Virus record (IMG/VR): IMGVR_UViG_3300032320_002841
Location: 1-49,258 of that record
Length of the DNA stretch: 49,258 bases
DNA from: a virus
Lineage: Duplodnaviria; Caudoviricetes
Reading direction: 5' to 3' (one strand)
The notes under the pieces were generated by a model that was not told the origin of the DNA, ran no database searches, and saw only the letters and a list, made by a program, of their open reading frames with translations. Below, in pieces: positions 47,452-49,258 of the stretch (positions within the stretch are counted from its first letter, which is position 1; each line of letters starts with the position of its first letter). The position numbers and the translations under genes were made by a program.

Positions 47452-47685
47452 TTAGTCCCACTCTTCGAATTCTTCTGCCTCGGGATCATCCTCATACATC
47501 CCCTCAGAAATATCATCACAGGCGATATCTAAGTGCGTAAGTGCGTTTTCTAATTGAAATTTTACGTTATTATCGATCTCGTTGTATAGCTCATCATTAT
47601 CGATGTAATCTAGCGTACGCTCCAAATCATCCAATAGATCTGTTAGTTGGGCGCTTAATTTGGTAAGTTGTTTAAGTGTATTCAT
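47452..47685 (-). CDS. Very acidic small early protein
   Basis: About 24 D/E vs 4 K/R in 77 aa. Confidence 0.65.
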   Translation of the reverse strand: MNTLKQLTKLSAQLTDLLDDLERTLDYIDNDELYNEIDNNVKFQLENALTHLDIACDDISEGMYEDDPEAEEFEEWD

Positions 47686-47721
47686 AATGTATAGGTTTTT
47701 TACCCATACATATATGGGGGA

Positions 47722-48006
47722 TTACTCCCCCACAGGTACTTCTGATTGGTATGGTACTAGGTCTGAGAATTTAAGTTTAACTATCACTCGTTTACCCATC
47801 ACGTGGGTGAAACCGGTAAAGCCTATTCTACCTAATTTACCCATATTACATTCGTAATCATCTAATATCACTCTTTCGTCTAGGGACGAACGGGATTGTT
47901 TACAAATGCATCCAATGTCTTGATTGTAAGAGTAAGTTGCATCGCCTTTATAAGCTTTTCTTTTAATGTAAAATGGGGTACCGTCTAAAAATTGTTCTTT
48001 TGTCAT
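47722..48006 (-). CDS. Early hypothetical protein
   Basis: 94-aa ORF with its own host-type promoter. Confidence 0.65.
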   Translation of the reverse strand: MTKEQFLDGTPFYIKRKAYKGDATYSYNQDIGCICKQSRSSLDERVILDDYECNMGKLGRIGFTGFTHVMGKRVIVKLKFSDLVPYQSEVPVGE

Positions 48007-48032
48007 AACCTTTTATATATTATTATTATACT

Positions 48033-48064
48033 TAAATATACGAATTTAGTTTTGAGTCTCCAAA
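48033..48064 (-). promoter_or_regulatory. Bacteroidota-type early promoter
   Basis: TTTG-N20-TATATTTA. Confidence 0.7.
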
Positions 48065-48267
48065 TTCATAAACGTTAACACATGACATCTCATATCCTTG
48101 AATACCTCATCAGCATGAACACCATAATATAATGTTAAAAATATTTCAATATTATTTCTCTCCACTCGCTCCATTGAACCAAATATTGATTCAAAGTTTC
48201 TAGCCGCATCAAGCATACCCTGATTGTTTAACCACCCAATAACCGAACGTGTTTCCATTGTTTTCAT
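48046..48267 (-). CDS. Early hypothetical protein
   Basis: 73-aa ORF with its own promoter. Confidence 0.6.
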   Translation of the reverse strand: MKTMETRSVIGWLNNQGMLDAARNFESIFGSMERVERNNIEIFLTLYYGVHADEVFKDMRCHVLTFMNLETQN

Positions 48268-48291
48268 AACATATCATTTTTTAATTACATT

Positions 48292-48323
48292 TAAATATAC
48301 GAAATGATATTTGAGTATCCAAG
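48292..48323 (-). promoter_or_regulatory. Bacteroidota-type early promoter
   Basis: CTTG-N20-TATATTTA. Confidence 0.7.
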
Positions 48324-48325
48324 CA

Positions 48326-48550
48326 TTATTGGGCGCTCCTTAAAGTAGATTTTATCGCACGGTGCTCCTTACCCCGAGCATCTACTAATATAGCATCTCC
48401 ATCCTCGTATCCAACTAGTATCCCAGCTGTATAATTACCATTACCAGTATCGCCCCAGTATACGACTCCTATTTGAAGGGTAGGCGTTGTGGGTTGAATG
48501 GCAGTTATATTTTGGAGCCATTTAGCATATTTAGTTATTCGCATTTTCAA
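48326..48550 (-). CDS. Early hypothetical protein (SH3/Sm-like beta C-terminus)
   Basis: 74 aa, YTAGILVGYEDGDAILVD. Confidence 0.55.
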   Translation of the reverse strand: MKMRITKYAKWLQNITAIQPTTPTLQIGVVYWGDTGNGNYTAGILVGYEDGDAILVDARGKEHRAIKSTLRSAQ

Positions 48551-48779
48551 ACATAATTATCTGGTTATTATAAAAGGCATACTGGTTTTCATTGGCTTGG
48601 ATTTTCTTATCCAAGGCTCTTCTTGCTCTATTAATAGCTTTTTTATCTGGAGTTACTTCAACACATCTAGTTTTTCTCCAATAACGCTTGGTACGTGAAC
48701 AATGTGAGCCACATGATTGTAAAGACAACCAAATAAAAAACAGGGCAAATGCGATTGCGTAGGGTCTAAATACTCTCAT
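48531..48779 (-). CDS. Small putative lipoprotein
   Basis: Hydrophobic signal followed by an LQS-C lipobox-like motif. Confidence 0.55.
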   Translation of the reverse strand: MRVFRPYAIAFALFFIWLSLQSCGSHCSRTKRYWRKTRCVEVTPDKKAINRARRALDKKIQANENQYAFYNNQIIMFENANN

Positions 48780-48780
48780 A

Positions 48781-48879
48781 TTACGAAGGGAATGTTACTG
48801 AATAAATAATGTACACCGTAATCAGCACAGCTGTTACCTTCAAAATGTTTGCAATTTGTTGTAATGATAATCTTTTCAT
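48781..48879 (-). CDS. Small single-TM peptide (32 aa)
   Basis: Missed by the ORF track. MKRLSLQQIANILKVTAVLITVYIIYSVTFPS, directly downstream of a promoter. Confidence 0.5.
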   Translation of the reverse strand: MKRLSLQQIANILKVTAVLITVYIIYSVTFPS

Positions 48880-48907
48880 AACCTTTATTTGTTTTAATTA
48901 TTATACG

Positions 48908-48939
48908 TTAATATACGAAATTTATCCCACATATCCAAG
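48908..48939 (-). promoter_or_regulatory. Bacteroidota-type early promoter
   Basis: CTTG-N20-TATATTAA. Confidence 0.7.
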
Positions 48940-48992
48940 TTCCAACATAGTGGGCCTGTGGGAGCAGGCCCCGAAACTATATTGGGGGAAAA

Positions 48993-49258
48993 TTATTCCG
49001 CTTTGGCGGGACGACCTAATTTTAACGTACCATTCAAACGTTTAGCTTCTAACTCCATTCTACGGATGTATGAAGCACTTTCCGGGTTTGGCTTACGTCC
49101 CAATTTAACTAATCCTTTAACTGATAACCTCAATTGTCGTTTTGAATTCTCTTCTACGGGACGACCTCTTCTAATTTCACCCGCTGCACGTTTAGCTTCT
49201 AACTCTGCTTTACGAATAGCATGTTTACTTTCGGAATTCACGGGTCTTCCACGTTTAA
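48993..49258 (-). CDS. Partial AT-hook repeat protein (starts beyond right edge)
   Basis: Frame open to the window end; KRGRP, RRGRP, KLGRKP and KLGRP repeats with a duplicated ELEAKR helix. Confidence 0.7.
   Translation of the reverse strand, partial: KRGRPVNSESKHAIRKAELEAKRAAGEIRRGRPVEENSKRQLRLSVKGLVKLGRKPNPESASYIRRMELEAKRLNGTLKLGRPAKAE

Noticed and set aside
47159-49045. ORFs 47159..47368(-), 47305..47532(+), 47660..47857(+), 48498..48698(+), 48809..49045(+)
   Set aside because: They overlap promoters, the structured island or real minus-strand genes, and have atypical composition.
1-49258. Stop-codon reassignment, tRNAs, introns/inteins in terminase or primase
   Set aside because: Genes tile densely in the standard code with TAA, TAG and TGA all used as stops; no cloverleafs noticed; terminase and primase have normal lengths.

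Overview
AT-rich segment of a large T4-like contractile-tailed phage, with essentially all genes on the minus strand. The host is inferred to be Bacteroidota (Flavobacteriia-like), from TTTG-N20-TATATT promoters, SprB-type repeats and a lack of Shine-Dalgarno sites. In transcription order (right to left) it holds: small early genes with host-type promoters; a GC-rich structured non-coding island (~47.2-47.45 kb); a middle block (lipoprotein, mgsA, T5orf172 nuclease, glutaredoxin, HD hydrolase, gp55-like late sigma); a baseplate/tail block (gp5-, gp25- and gp6-like genes, fibre proteins); a GIY-YIG/primase/exonuclease island; and a ~21 kb head region with terminase and portal. The strongest candidate new system is in the head region. 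About 14 unrelated proteins, including a P-loop kinase, an HxGH nucleotidyltransferase-metallopeptidase fusion, a HAD nucleotidase and a PD-(D/E)xK nuclease, share a short N-terminal MIKLxxLLxE-like leader and carry internal (L/I)xE sites at domain junctions. This suggests enzymes packaged into the capsid, processed by the prohead protease and injected with the DNA. Also notable are a pseudoknot-plus-terminator RNA at 9908-9990 and an ATATTTATA late-promoter motif. No tRNA or CRISPR array was seen. All calls are motif-based reading by eye, without database searches.
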